Shown here piece by piece: positions 45,401-53,989 of a DNA stretch of 64,000 bases. The notes under the pieces were generated by a model. It searched no databases, was not told the origin of the DNA, and worked only from the letters and a program-made list of their open reading frames with translations. The stretch lies in IMG/VR virus record IMGVR_UViG_3300046459_000427, positions 40,854 to 104,853 of that record. One strand, 5' to 3'. Source of the DNA: a virus. The first letter of the stretch is position 1, and each line of letters begins with the position of its first letter. The position numbers and the translations under genes were made by a program.

Positions 45401-45519
45401 TTGACGCCCTTGAGACCCTTATTCAGGTCATTGATGGTGCGCGTAAGGGCAGAGATCGCATCCTGGGCATTGTTCCAACCCAAGAGCGGTCCCTGCCCCG
45501 CCACGTTGTTGCTAGCCAT
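42448..45519 (-). CDS. Tape measure protein with NlpC/P60 peptidase and SLT transglycosylase domains
   Basis: Gly/Ala-rich body; YVWGG..FDCSGL..LPRTA..HHV; YESGGNPRAIN..SKGIMQ; VHKGEMIIP tail; start ATG 45519. Confidence 0.9.
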   Translation of the reverse strand: MASNNVAGQGPLLGWNNAQDAISALTRTINDLNKGLKGVNTGVGQMSRSRGLGLALGDIWNGTSNYSFGRTNGGQGPGQGRLGSPTGNGGGARFSTSGSQGGGAANNGGQGGNQGGSNGGSGSNSPRLGGGSANNGGTRSNNGGLKSTLSSVVAWGQKKLPDQVVMQTTAYQAAQGSSSSWHTLRDQAFKNNFTAQSTQDASTAYGLMTRSGLSAGSTSFNQQWNYVKGTSGYMNPGMTETQRAQGTAAAWSAGSYYGMQAIGISTIKNGQKQSPRQIAQQALARWPDLKKLKTKAQIAGTLDNNQSGIMQSLAQSLDPNTLELVRGELKGMMLAQVSGGSAQTYVSLANKRDNGKTQEEKNSAQSALGKMGIGGSTANTLMTRAGTLRNQDVNENDGFTEGLQTATKYLDMFSTALQGVLKATGASTGMGMLGGASSVLGSSLGAGVGAWGAVRGLTGAARLGSGLLGGGGGAGGAAGAGGMLGRLGGMGGAAMGALDLSGAALGAAGGFGIGAYLTHHFGSKVVDKVSKKDSTGNKWGHVAVDAGTGALAGAAIGSIVPVIGTGVGAAVGGVIGAGTGIVSNFFGGATAGGAAAKTGSKTSGAKATGTSGAGKTASAVIKVAMKYLGVKYVWGGSTPKGFDCSGLLMYSFKQIGVSLPRTAAQQQRAGKRVKLSDVRAGDLLFNGDPAHHVVMCIGGGKVIEAPHTGAVVRVRSFRPSEFTNAVRILGSVGSMSDVGSDTEDTAGSGSNRLSTMGFGGDTGSYGSVEEADAIASGISSAQTAGASTTSKESSDDDSSGGVPTGAMPKGNVAKWIKSALGILKQDSKHNESIVNTMIKYESGGNPRAINKTDSNAKAGHPSKGIMQTIDSTFNAYSLKGHKDIWNPVDNIIAGVRYAESRYKTLDNVPGIKAMANGGAYRGYAVGSANIDVDQTARVHKGEMIIPAYQAEAVRAALSGNTPLTNGVGGLGSKSGPASLHFNAGAITVQVQGAMNSQSARDAAQQIITAIAEDNRINLIAAGN

Positions 45520-45700
45520 TTTCCGCCTCAGCACTTCGCCTATGTCGCTGCGCCCTGAACCACTTCACCCAGTGAAGACGCTCGCGCACGGTCAACCGGC
45601 GAATCTCGCTGAGGCTCCACGCCGGACTTAGTTCGACTAGTTGCTCGTATTCGAAGTACGTGTCGTGGTAGTTACAGGCCCTGAAACAGGTCCCCCGCAC
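45512..45700 (-). CDS. Tail assembly chaperone, second ORF (possibly frameshift-expressed)
   Basis: YEQLVELSPAWSLSEIRRLTVRERLHW typical of the small pre-TMP ORF; only an overlapping GTG is available as start. Confidence 0.6.
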   Translation of the reverse strand: MRGTCFRACNYHDTYFEYEQLVELSPAWSLSEIRRLTVRERLHWVKWFRAQRHRRSAEAENG

Positions 45701-46535
45701 TGATGAAGAGGGGGACCTCCTTTCCGCACGTATCGTGCGTGAACTTGACATCATTGTACTGAGGGCCCGGCTGCTTTTCCTCAATGGCATCGAGGATGCG
45801 CTTTCGGTCCACGATGCCCAGGGAACGCGCGAAGTCCGGGTTTCCACTGACGGCGTTTTCGCTACCATCGGCCTCGACCACGGAAATGAGGCAGCGGGAA
45901 ATCAGGAGCGTGTTCTGCTCGGATTCCGTGGTGCGCTCGACGATGGCGAGGATTGCGTCCTGGTCGGCGCCGATGGGAAGTCGGGCGTATGCCTTGCGGC
46001 CCTTTCGGAGTTCGACTTCGAAGACGCGGTCGGACGGGTTTGCCAGTCGGCGGACGGGGATCTCGTCGAGGGTGACGGACAGGCGGAACTCATCACCGCA
46101 GTGCGGGCAGGAGTAGCGGTCCCAGACGATCTCCTCGCCGTAGGTCGCGCGCCGGATCTCCAGCAGCAGCGTGTCGCGGTCGCCGAGCAGGAGGTTGCTG
46201 AGCAGCGCGGGGCTGGACTTCTGGTCGCCCACGGAGACGGTGCCGCTGTCGAGCAGGGTGGAGATGAACTTGCCGATGCCGCCGTTGCGGGCCTTGGTGA
46301 TGGCCTCTTCATCGGCGCCGGTCAGTTCCCGGACCTCGGCGTCGTAGCGGGCATTGGTGAAGTCGTTGTCCGAAACGAAACCGCCCGGCAGGCGGAACTG
46401 GCCACCTGCCGGGACGGCTATCTCGGGCTTGGCGACCTCGGCCCCCTGGGAAAGCAATGCCGCGATGGCAGCATTTGCCTGACCAGGGTTGGAGAGAGGG
46501 CTGGAGAACCCCTCGGTATGAAGGTCGTTTGCCAC
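45672..46535 (-). CDS. Tail assembly chaperone / T4 gp26-like hub assembly protein
   Basis: EVRELTGADEE, LLLGDRDTLLLEIRRATYG, CPHC; between tube and TMP. Confidence 0.75.
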   Translation of the reverse strand: MANDLHTEGFSSPLSNPGQANAAIAALLSQGAEVAKPEIAVPAGGQFRLPGGFVSDNDFTNARYDAEVRELTGADEEAITKARNGGIGKFISTLLDSGTVSVGDQKSSPALLSNLLLGDRDTLLLEIRRATYGEEIVWDRYSCPHCGDEFRLSVTLDEIPVRRLANPSDRVFEVELRKGRKAYARLPIGADQDAILAIVERTTESEQNTLLISRCLISVVEADGSENAVSGNPDFARSLGIVDRKRILDAIEEKQPGPQYNDVKFTHDTCGKEVPLFISAGDLFQGL

Positions 46536-46571
46536 TGGTTTTGCTCCTAGTCGAGTCGGTCGATTCCGCTA

Positions 46572-47123
46572 TTAGAAACTAACGGAAGACGAGCCGACAC
46601 TGTTAGCCAACTTGAACTCGAAACCCTCATGGGCGAGGGTCATCTGCTGGACGATGATCGCATTGGCGCCAGCGTCCAGGTCCGAGAAGGCGACCGCCGT
46701 GGGCCACGCGTTGTAGACGCGGAATGCGGCCTTGGCGGGAGTGGTGCCGGAAGTGACCGGGTGGTCGAGCACCTTGATGTCGATCATGTGCCGGAATTCC
46801 GCACCGGCCTTTCCGTTTCCGGTTCCCTGGAGCACGGTGAACAACTGCCGCATCCAGTCCATCATCTGGGAGTCGCCGACGGCGAGGCCCTTGGAAAGGG
46901 TGATCGGTGCGAAGTCGCTCTGCCCCGGCATCTTCTGGGTCGTTGTGTTCATTCCGCCCTCGCGGTACGGAATCACCTCGGTCGTGACGTTCAGACCCGA
47001 AACGGACATGAAGCCCATGCGGGCGAAGCCCTTGATGTCCGGGTGCTGGATCTGGACCTGGAACTTGAAGTTCCGCAAGGGATCCGTGGCGATGTGTCCG
47101 ACGGTGGACGTAGTCGTAGCCAT
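46572..47123 (-). CDS. Tail tube protein (T4 gp19 family)
   Basis: DPLRNFKFQV, FMSVSGL, YREGG, KMPG, ITLSKG, NAWP, LAHEG. Confidence 0.93.
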   Translation of the reverse strand: MATTTSTVGHIATDPLRNFKFQVQIQHPDIKGFARMGFMSVSGLNVTTEVIPYREGGMNTTTQKMPGQSDFAPITLSKGLAVGDSQMMDWMRQLFTVLQGTGNGKAGAEFRHMIDIKVLDHPVTSGTTPAKAAFRVYNAWPTAVAFSDLDAGANAIIVQQMTLAHEGFEFKLANSVGSSSVSF

Positions 47124-47137
47124 CAGTGGGTTACCTC

Positions 47138-48682
47138 TCAGGAAGTGGTCGTCGAGTCAGAGGCGGAGGAACCGCCGCTGAACTGGCCGATCTCGATGAC
47201 GATGAACTCGGCCGGGGTCTGGAGAGCGACGCCGACGGAGATGTTCACGACGCCGTTCGCCACCGACGCGGCGGTGTTGTTCGTCGAGTCGCAGACCACG
47301 AAGAACGACTGGTCCGGGGTGGTTCCGGCCAGCACACCCGTCTGCATCAGGGTGAGCAGGTACTGCGAGATGACGGCGTTGACCTGGTCCCACAGGATCT
47401 GGTCGTTGGGCTCGAACACCGCGAAGCGGGTGGCGTCGAGAAGGCCCTTCTTGACCAGCATCAGCGACCGGCGCACGGAGACGTACCGGTCAGGCATGCC
47501 CTGCGACAGGGTGCGGGCGCCGTAGATGACGAAGCCGGTGCCCGGCAGGGACTTGATGACGTTGATGCCCGCGACGTTCAGCGCATCCTGGTCCGCGTTG
47601 GAGAACCGGAACTGCACGTCGAGTACGCCCTTGAGGACGGTGTCGATACCGGCCGGAGGCTTTTGCACACCGCGCGAGGCGTCGGTGCGGCTGTACTGGC
47701 CGAGGACCGCGCCACCCGGGGGCAGCAGACGGGCCGAGCCGGAGGCGGAGGTCGCCGGGTCGTTGACGATCAGCCACGGGCCGTAGACGGCCGCGTAGGA
47801 CGACGTGCTGATCGCGGAACCACCCGTGGACATGCCCTGGAGGCTCAGCGCGTAGGAGTGCGCGTTGTCGGCGCTGGTGGCCTTCTCGCCGTCCACGACG
47901 ACGAAGACGGTGCCCTGCCCCTCGGCCCACTCGATGATCGGGTTGAGCACGATGGAGTCGTTGACGCCCGGCAGGTTCAGCACCAGGTTGTCCTCGACGA
48001 TCTCCAGGCGCTGGGTGGCCGTGGCCAGGTCGACCGGAGCCACACCGTCGGAACCACCGGCCAGCGGGACGCCGGACTGGATCTCCGGAGCGTGGGTGGC
48101 GTCCCAGGCGGTGGAGAGCAGGCCCTCGACCTGGATGAAGGCAGAGCCGGTGACCGGGGAGTTGATCAGCGCCTGCGCGTTGCGGGAGTCGGACGGGTCC
48201 AGGGAGACGTCGGTGAAACGCTCCTTGAGGTAGGCGGCCGTCTCTCCGCCGACGTAGACGTACAGGTCGAACCGGCCGGAGCCGGAGGAGCCCGCCGTGA
48301 TATCGATGAAGACGTTGTTGCCCCAGGTGCCCGGGGAGATCGCCTTGACCTTGAGGGTGGGCTGCGGGGACGCCTCGGTGTCGTCCAGGGTGACGGAGGC
48401 CGCGACCGCGTCAGCGGCAGCCGCACGCACGATGTAGGCGCTGTTGCCACCGTTGTTGAAGAAGGAGTAGACAGCGAACGGGAGCAGGTCGGAGGTGTCC
48501 CCGAAGCCGCCGTAGGTGGCCACGTACTGAGACCAGGACGACACCAGCGTGGGGGCGAGTGGGCCGCCCTGCTTCGAGGTGCCGACGAAGGCCCCGACCG
48601 AGTCGCCTGGGGTCGTCGCCGTCTGAGCCAGCGGCGTCAACGTCTCGCCGATGTACACACCGGGACGCTTGTAGACAGTCAT
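47138..48682 (-). CDS. Tail sheath protein
   Basis: YKRPGVYI, AAVYGPW, RGVQKPPAG, GINVI, YGARTL, YVSVRR, FEPND, PAEFI. Confidence 0.95.
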   Translation of the reverse strand: MTVYKRPGVYIGETLTPLAQTATTPGDSVGAFVGTSKQGGPLAPTLVSSWSQYVATYGGFGDTSDLLPFAVYSFFNNGGNSAYIVRAAAADAVAASVTLDDTEASPQPTLKVKAISPGTWGNNVFIDITAGSSGSGRFDLYVYVGGETAAYLKERFTDVSLDPSDSRNAQALINSPVTGSAFIQVEGLLSTAWDATHAPEIQSGVPLAGGSDGVAPVDLATATQRLEIVEDNLVLNLPGVNDSIVLNPIIEWAEGQGTVFVVVDGEKATSADNAHSYALSLQGMSTGGSAISTSSYAAVYGPWLIVNDPATSASGSARLLPPGGAVLGQYSRTDASRGVQKPPAGIDTVLKGVLDVQFRFSNADQDALNVAGINVIKSLPGTGFVIYGARTLSQGMPDRYVSVRRSLMLVKKGLLDATRFAVFEPNDQILWDQVNAVISQYLLTLMQTGVLAGTTPDQSFFVVCDSTNNTAASVANGVVNISVGVALQTPAEFIVIEIGQFSGGSSASDSTTTS

Positions 48683-48723
48683 CTGTTATCTCCTGTAAGG
48701 GGGTGAATTCCTGGGGCTACGAT

Positions 48724-49374
48724 TCAATGTCCCGGTGTCTGTGGTTCGGTTACGTCTTCCAGGTAGTACTCGAAGTCCAGCGCCACGGACTGGGCCTGCG
48801 CATACTGCGTGGCCGTATCCGGAAGCATTTCGCTGGAAACAGAAATCAGGTACTCGCGACGGAACAGTCGCTTTCCGTCCTCGTCGCGGGTGTCGACCAG
48901 CTCGGGGCCGCCGAGCAAGTCCAGACGTCGTACCGTCCCGTCTTCGGGAATCGTGAGGAATCCGAAGCGGGAGGGAATCCGGTCGTGCTGTGCGAGAGCC
49001 GCAGCGAGCGCCATGTCGTGCCAGTAGGTGCGGGTGAAGACGACGATCCGGTACCGCAGGTCGTAAGGGATGGGGTACTCGACGATGTACGGCGACTTGG
49101 TGACGTCGTAGGACGGTGCGTCGGGGTTCCACCACTTCTCGGCGCCTTCTGGCGCGTAGGGAAGTCGTACGTGGCCTCGGTGTTCACGCTCGTCGGCCTT
49201 GTCGATCCCCGCGTGCTCGATGACGATCAGAGGGAACGTCTGCTTGGCCAGCTCGCTCTCCGGCACGCGATAGCGCACCGCGACAGCACGGCCGTCGGGT
49301 GCGTTCACGTCGGTGACGGTGAGGCCCTGGAGTTTCGCCTTTACGGCGCGGTCCTCATTGATGAGCCATGGCAT
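48724..49374 (-). CDS. Neck / tail terminator protein
   Basis: Synteny immediately before sheath; FPLIVIE, PYDLRYRI. Confidence 0.65.
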   Translation of the reverse strand: MPWLINEDRAVKAKLQGLTVTDVNAPDGRAVAVRYRVPESELAKQTFPLIVIEHAGIDKADEREHRGHVRLPYAPEGAEKWWNPDAPSYDVTKSPYIVEYPIPYDLRYRIVVFTRTYWHDMALAAALAQHDRIPSRFGFLTIPEDGTVRRLDLLGGPELVDTRDEDGKRLFRREYLISVSSEMLPDTATQYAQAQSVALDFEYYLEDVTEPQTPGH

Positions 49375-49452
49375 GCAGCAGGCCTCGCGGGATCTCGGAA
49401 TGCGGAAGTCTTCCGCAATTCAGGATCTCAAGAAGGATGCCGAAGTTTGTAG

Positions 49453-49971
49453 TCAGGACTTCTGGGACCATCGAACGAACTGGGCATCGTTGACCAGCTC
49501 GTCCGGTTTCATCTGGACGCATTCCAGGCTGACGATGATGTCCCGGTTCTGGATCTGACCGAGGACGGAAATCGACGTGACCCGAAATACCTCGTCGTCG
49601 TAGACGATCCGGTCGGTCAGGTACTTCTCGTGGTCGATGTCCTGGTCGGAGAATCCCATCTTCCGCAGCGCGTCGAAGGACGCGGTGACGGAGAGGTTGT
49701 CCACCGTGTACAGGCCCTGGGTCGTGTCGTGCGCCGGGCCCTGGTTGTGGATCACGTGCAGGGCGGGGATCCGGTACGGGCCGACGAAGATCCGCCCCTG
49801 GCCGGTGCCCTCGTCGTAGAGGTCGTCGCCGTTGGGGTCGGAGTGGGAGAAGCGGTAGTAATCCACCCGCTCGCCGATCTCGCTCTGGCGCCCGCGCAGG
49901 GTCGCCATGATGTCCGTGGTCTCGTAGTTGGCGTTGAACCTGCCGTGCGTCTTCCAGTCAAGGCGTCCCAC
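49453..49971 (-). CDS. Head-to-tail stopper-like protein
   Basis: Synteny; DRIVYDDEVFRV motif. Confidence 0.6.
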   Translation of the reverse strand: MGRLDWKTHGRFNANYETTDIMATLRGRQSEIGERVDYYRFSHSDPNGDDLYDEGTGQGRIFVGPYRIPALHVIHNQGPAHDTTQGLYTVDNLSVTASFDALRKMGFSDQDIDHEKYLTDRIVYDDEVFRVTSISVLGQIQNRDIIVSLECVQMKPDELVNDAQFVRWSQKS

Positions 49972-49973
49972 GA

Positions 49974-50789
49974 TCAGTACCCCCAGGATCCGAAGACGCT
50001 GGAGGGGATCCCGGACTCGTCGTCGTTCTGGTGGCCGGGTCCGATGGGCGGCAGGATCCGCTGCGGCAGGGTGTGCTCGTCGTACTCACGCTCACGGAAC
50101 AGCGGCACGAGACGGCCGGTCGTACGAGAGACGCGACGCAGGTTGGTGACCTCGATCGAGTACAGGCCGACGCCCAACTTCTCGCAGAGGGTCTTGTACC
50201 GCTCGGTGAGCATGCCGATCTGTGTCTGGATCTGGGCGAAGCGCTGGCCCCGGTCGACAGAGGTGCCGTCCGAGGTCTGGACGTTGATGTCGGTGGCCGC
50301 ATCGGTGGACAGCGCCCACATGGCCTCGGTGCACGCGAGGAGAACCACGAGGGCGTCCTCCTCGGCCGGGAGGTTGTCGACGCTCACAGGCACCTGGTCG
50401 TACTGGAGGAAGCCGTTGGCGTCCTTGTAGCGGGTGGAGACGGTACGGCCCCGGGTGTGCTGGGCCACAGCGTCGTCCAGGTAGATGTCCAGCTCGTCGT
50501 CGGAGAACAGCCCGTACGAGGATCCCGACACCAGCAGCAGTGCGTCGAGCGCGAGAGGCTGGGTCAGGTCGAGGATGCCGCTCAGGTCGTCGATGACGTA
50601 GTCGGTGGGGGTGCTCAGCGTGGTCTGCTGGCCCCCCGAGATATGAAGTACTTCGAGGCCGGTCACGTTGTTCGCGCTCAGTTCGTACTGTGCGACGTCC
50701 CCTGTGCCACGGATGGTGTCGCGGAACGGCTGGAGCCGGTCGCCCAGCTCGCTGCGTACCCGCGTGCGCAGTTCTTGGAGAGTTGCCAT
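49974..50789 (-). CDS. Head-to-tail adaptor-like protein
   Basis: LRTRVRSELGD...FSDDELDIYL; synteny. Confidence 0.65.
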   Translation of the reverse strand: MATLQELRTRVRSELGDRLQPFRDTIRGTGDVAQYELSANNVTGLEVLHISGGQQTTLSTPTDYVIDDLSGILDLTQPLALDALLLVSGSSYGLFSDDELDIYLDDAVAQHTRGRTVSTRYKDANGFLQYDQVPVSVDNLPAEEDALVVLLACTEAMWALSTDAATDINVQTSDGTSVDRGQRFAQIQTQIGMLTERYKTLCEKLGVGLYSIEVTNLRRVSRTTGRLVPLFREREYDEHTLPQRILPPIGPGHQNDDESGIPSSVFGSWGY

Positions 50790-50802
50790 CCCGCGACTCC
50801 TA

Positions 50803-51222
50803 TCAGGCGTTCAGGGTGAGTGCGCCAGCAGCGATCTGGAGCGATTCGTTGGTGGCGGCTTGCAGCGGGTCGTCGATGGGCCACACGTAGATGACCTCTC
50901 CGGTCGTGCCGGACGCCGTGGTGACCAGGGCTGCGAACTGCGCGGCGTCGACCATGTCTGCGGTGAACGGGCCGAAGAACAGCAGCGCGTTGTTAGCCGT
51001 GGTCATCGGGGAGCCGTCCGGGACGGTCCACACCACCTGCTGGCGCGCGTAACCGGCCGTCGTGATCTCCGGCAGCGTGGTCATGTCGATCGTGTCGGTG
51101 TCACCTCCCGGGTCTGCGATGAGCAGCGCGAGGTAGGTGCTGCGAGGAGCGGTGTAGGACACCGCCCGGCCGGTGAGGAAGTCGAGGGCCCTACCGGCGT
51201 AGATCGCGGTCGTACCGGCCAT
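50803..51222 (-). CDS. Virion structural protein (fibre/decoration-like)
   Basis: YLALLIADPG...EITTAGYARQ...IAAGAL, a widespread phage structural family. Confidence 0.65.
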   Translation of the reverse strand: MAGTTAIYAGRALDFLTGRAVSYTAPRSTYLALLIADPGGDTDTIDMTTLPEITTAGYARQQVVWTVPDGSPMTTANNALLFFGPFTADMVDAAQFAALVTTASGTTGEVIYVWPIDDPLQAATNESLQIAAGALTLNA

Positions 51223-51521
51223 CAGGCATCAACCTTCTTGAACATGCGTGTGAAGTCGGACAGGTGGAGGGAGAAGTGCCGAACGGCCTTGCCGGGCGCG
51301 TGCGTGCCGCCTTCGGCGAGGACGTGGGTGTCGTGCTCGTAGGAGAGCAGGACGGAGTCCTCACCAGCGTGGCCAACACCAGCGGTACCAGCCGGGTGTA
51401 CGTCGACCACGGAGACCACGGAGCCGGTGGGAACGTGCCCCAGCCCGGCCCCGTGGCCCTCGGCGTTCTCCAGCACGTACGACTCGCCCGAGGTCGGGCT
51501 GAGCAGGGCGGGAGTAGTCAT
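51222..51521 (-). CDS. Hypothetical protein
   Basis: 99 aa, AAGGAG RBS. Confidence 0.7.
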   Translation of the reverse strand: MTTPALLSPTSGESYVLENAEGHGAGLGHVPTGSVVSVVDVHPAGTAGVGHAGEDSVLLSYEHDTHVLAEGGTHAPGKAVRHFSLHLSDFTRMFKKVDA

Positions 51522-51542
51522 GGGATAGGTCTCCTTGGACCG

Positions 51543-51920
51543 TCAGTGCCAGATGTAGCCGAGGCCGTCGAGGTGGTCGTAGAGAGCCTTCGGCGCCTTG
51601 TAGCGCACGCCCTCCTCGAAGTCGAAGTGGTTGCCGTGGCCGAAGGTCATGTTCTCCAGCGAGGTGTTCACGCGGAACTCTCGCATGGGGGTCTCGACCT
51701 CGACGGCGTCGGACACCGCGATGGGCGCCGGAGCGGGGGCGGGGCGCATGTCCTTGGGGACGACCTCGTGGACGGTGTCGTCGCGCTCGGCTGCGGCCTG
51801 GGCGTTGATGAGGGAGATCTCGTTCTCGCGCGCCTTCAGTTCCTCGGCGTGCTCCTTGGCGAGGGAGGCCTTGTTGCGTCCGGTCAGGTCACCGGGACGA
51901 GCGACATTGCGTGCAGGCAT
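51543..51920 (-). CDS. Hypothetical virion-associated protein
   Basis: 125 aa after MCP. Confidence 0.75.
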   Translation of the reverse strand: MPARNVARPGDLTGRNKASLAKEHAEELKARENEISLINAQAAAERDDTVHEVVPKDMRPAPAPAPIAVSDAVEVETPMREFRVNTSLENMTFGHGNHFDFEEGVRYKAPKALYDHLDGLGYIWH

Positions 51921-51977
51921 TATGAATTCTCCGGGTTCGGGACTCGTTTACGTGAAGCGGTACTACTCTAACGAGGA

Positions 51978-52015
51978 AGGGGAGCGGTTCTGGTAATCCA
52001 GAAAACCGCTCCCCT
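51978..52015 (-). terminator. Terminator after major capsid gene
   Basis: AGGGGAGCGGTT...AACCGCTCCCCT inverted repeat. Confidence 0.75.
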
Positions 52016-52081
52016 AACCACGTGGACTAGCCGGTTGCCGCGACTACCAACTCAACTTGCATTCCTTTCGGAATGGCAGGC

Positions 52082-53074
52082 TCAGTTGGTCTCCGCGATC
52101 AGGACGGCCTGGTCGGTGATGAGGCCGAGGCCCCAAATCGCGTACCACGCCAGGGCGTGCTCTCGGCCGAAGTCGAGAATTCCGCCGTCACGCAGTTCGA
52201 CCGGAAGCGAGATCGCGTGGCCGAATGCGTTGTCGCCCAGGAAGATGGACTGGTAGACCGTCTTGCCGGTGGCGTTGGTGACCTGCTTGACCTGGGTCGT
52301 CTCGATGAAGACGACGTCGTTCAGGCGGCCGATCTCGCCCAACATGAAGTTCCCCGGCGCGGCGTACTTGGTGACCTCGATGAACTCAGGGTCATCGCGC
52401 AACTTGCGGGACTGGTGCGGGTGGACGAAGCAGACGTAGGTCTCGCCCAAGCGCGGGACGTTCTTCGTCGCCAGGGTCTCGACGGCGTCCTTGACCAGCG
52501 CGGCGGTGAAGTCGAACTGACCGGTCAGGCCGTCGGTGGAGGTGGCAGCGGTGCCGTGGTCGTACGGCGACAAGATGGTACGGGTCGCGTTCGCCGTGGT
52601 GTCGAACTTGTTGTAGCCCCAGATCTTCGAGGAGGCCTGGAGCAGGGTGTCCCTCGCGGAGGCATCCAGGTAGAGAGCCATGTTGCGGCCCAGCAGGCGG
52701 GAGGCCGACGCCATGACGTCGTCGAAGGAGGCGTTGAGCAGGAGTTCGGAGACGGCGACGGCGTAGCCGTGCTCGGCGACCGTGATGGAGAACTGAGAGG
52801 CCGACAGGGCGTTGGTCTGCATGCGGACGCCTTCGACCAACTGCGAGGCAGCGCCGAGGTTGTTGTAACGCATGAAGTTGATCGTCAGACCGGGCTGAAC
52901 GCCCAATTCGGTCTTCTTCACCGCGAACTGCTCGAAGCGGAGAATCGGCATGGACTGGAACAAGATCTCCTTGCTCCAGATGGTCTGGATGGCCGCACCG
53001 AGAGTGCTGTTGGCGCCCGAGTAGTTCGTCGGGGAAGCCGACAGGTTCGGGGTACCAGTGATCGCGCTTGGCAT
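52082..53074 (-). CDS. Major capsid protein (N4-gp56-like family)
   Basis: LRFEQFA, GLTINFMRY, EHG..V.VSE, FVHP, GEIGRLNDVVFIET; follows scaffold; strong RBS and terminator. Confidence 0.9.
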   Translation of the reverse strand: MPSAITGTPNLSASPTNYSGANSTLGAAIQTIWSKEILFQSMPILRFEQFAVKKTELGVQPGLTINFMRYNNLGAASQLVEGVRMQTNALSASQFSITVAEHGYAVAVSELLLNASFDDVMASASRLLGRNMALYLDASARDTLLQASSKIWGYNKFDTTANATRTILSPYDHGTAATSTDGLTGQFDFTAALVKDAVETLATKNVPRLGETYVCFVHPHQSRKLRDDPEFIEVTKYAAPGNFMLGEIGRLNDVVFIETTQVKQVTNATGKTVYQSIFLGDNAFGHAISLPVELRDGGILDFGREHALAWYAIWGLGLITDQAVLIAETN

Positions 53075-53109
53075 ACTGTGAATTCCTTAGTTACGGGTAC
53101 TCGACCGAA

Positions 53110-53976
53110 TTACGAGTACAGTCCACGCTGGTTCTGGGCTGCCTGACCGACGCCCAACTGGCCCCGAATCTTGGCGTACTCCGACATCGGCATGTTCTGA
53201 AGGTCAGAAAGGGAGTACGACTTGTGCCCCGGATCAGTGTCCATAGGTCCGGTGGTGGAATAGCCGGTGGGGCTCACACCACGCATGGAGGCTCGCTGCT
53301 GAATAGCGGCCTGCTGGACCGACTCCAGGATAGCCTGGGTCTTCGCCTTGACTGTATTGAGCGAGTTCTCGACTTCCTCCGGCGTATTACCGCCGACGAA
53401 ATCGAGGAGTTCCGGAGCGATATTCTCGCTCTCCTCGCCGACACGTCGCTGGATGTACGTCTGGAGGTTGTTGAACTCCTGCTCCTTCTGGAACAGAAGA
53501 CGCTCCTGCTCGCGCTCCGTCTCGAACTGCTGGAGACGGGAGTTCCACTCCTGCTCCTTGACCGCGAGGAGTTCCTTGGCCGACAGGTCTTCCTCGGCCT
53601 TGGCCTTGGCGACCTCCTGGGCCTGGCGCTGACGCTCGGCCTCCTGAGCCTGCGCGGCCTCACGGGCCTTGCGCTGCTCTTCGATCTCGGCGAGGAACGT
53701 CTTGTTCTGCTCCTCCACGTTCTGGAGGCGCTTGTACAACTTGTCCTTCTCCTCCTGCCGCGCCTTCTGGATGTCCTCGGCAGTGAAGCGAGGCTCGGCG
53801 GGCGGGGTCGCAGGCGGCTCGACGACAGCGGCCGGGACGACGATGACGGGGTCGCCACCCTCACCGGGCTGCGGAGCACCACCTGCGATGGAGTAGATCG
53901 GGCGGCCGTCCTTGCGGTGGCCGAGGATCTCGTGGTTACGGGCCTGCTCGGAGAGGCCGGAAGTATGAAGCGTCAT
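53110..53976 (-). CDS. Capsid scaffolding protein
   Basis: Coiled-coil Glu/Gln-rich; C-terminal MPMSEYAKIR; between portal and MCP. Confidence 0.8.
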   Translation of the reverse strand: MTLHTSGLSEQARNHEILGHRKDGRPIYSIAGGAPQPGEGGDPVIVVPAAVVEPPATPPAEPRFTAEDIQKARQEEKDKLYKRLQNVEEQNKTFLAEIEEQRKAREAAQAQEAERQRQAQEVAKAKAEEDLSAKELLAVKEQEWNSRLQQFETEREQERLLFQKEQEFNNLQTYIQRRVGEESENIAPELLDFVGGNTPEEVENSLNTVKAKTQAILESVQQAAIQQRASMRGVSPTGYSTTGPMDTDPGHKSYSLSDLQNMPMSEYAKIRGQLGVGQAAQNQRGLYS

Positions 53977-53989
53977 GAAAGACGAACTC

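Noticed and set aside
34456-48682. Stand-alone extracellular contractile injection system (eCIS/tailocin)
   Set aside because: Terminase, portal, scaffold and capsid genes are present, so this is a complete phage tail
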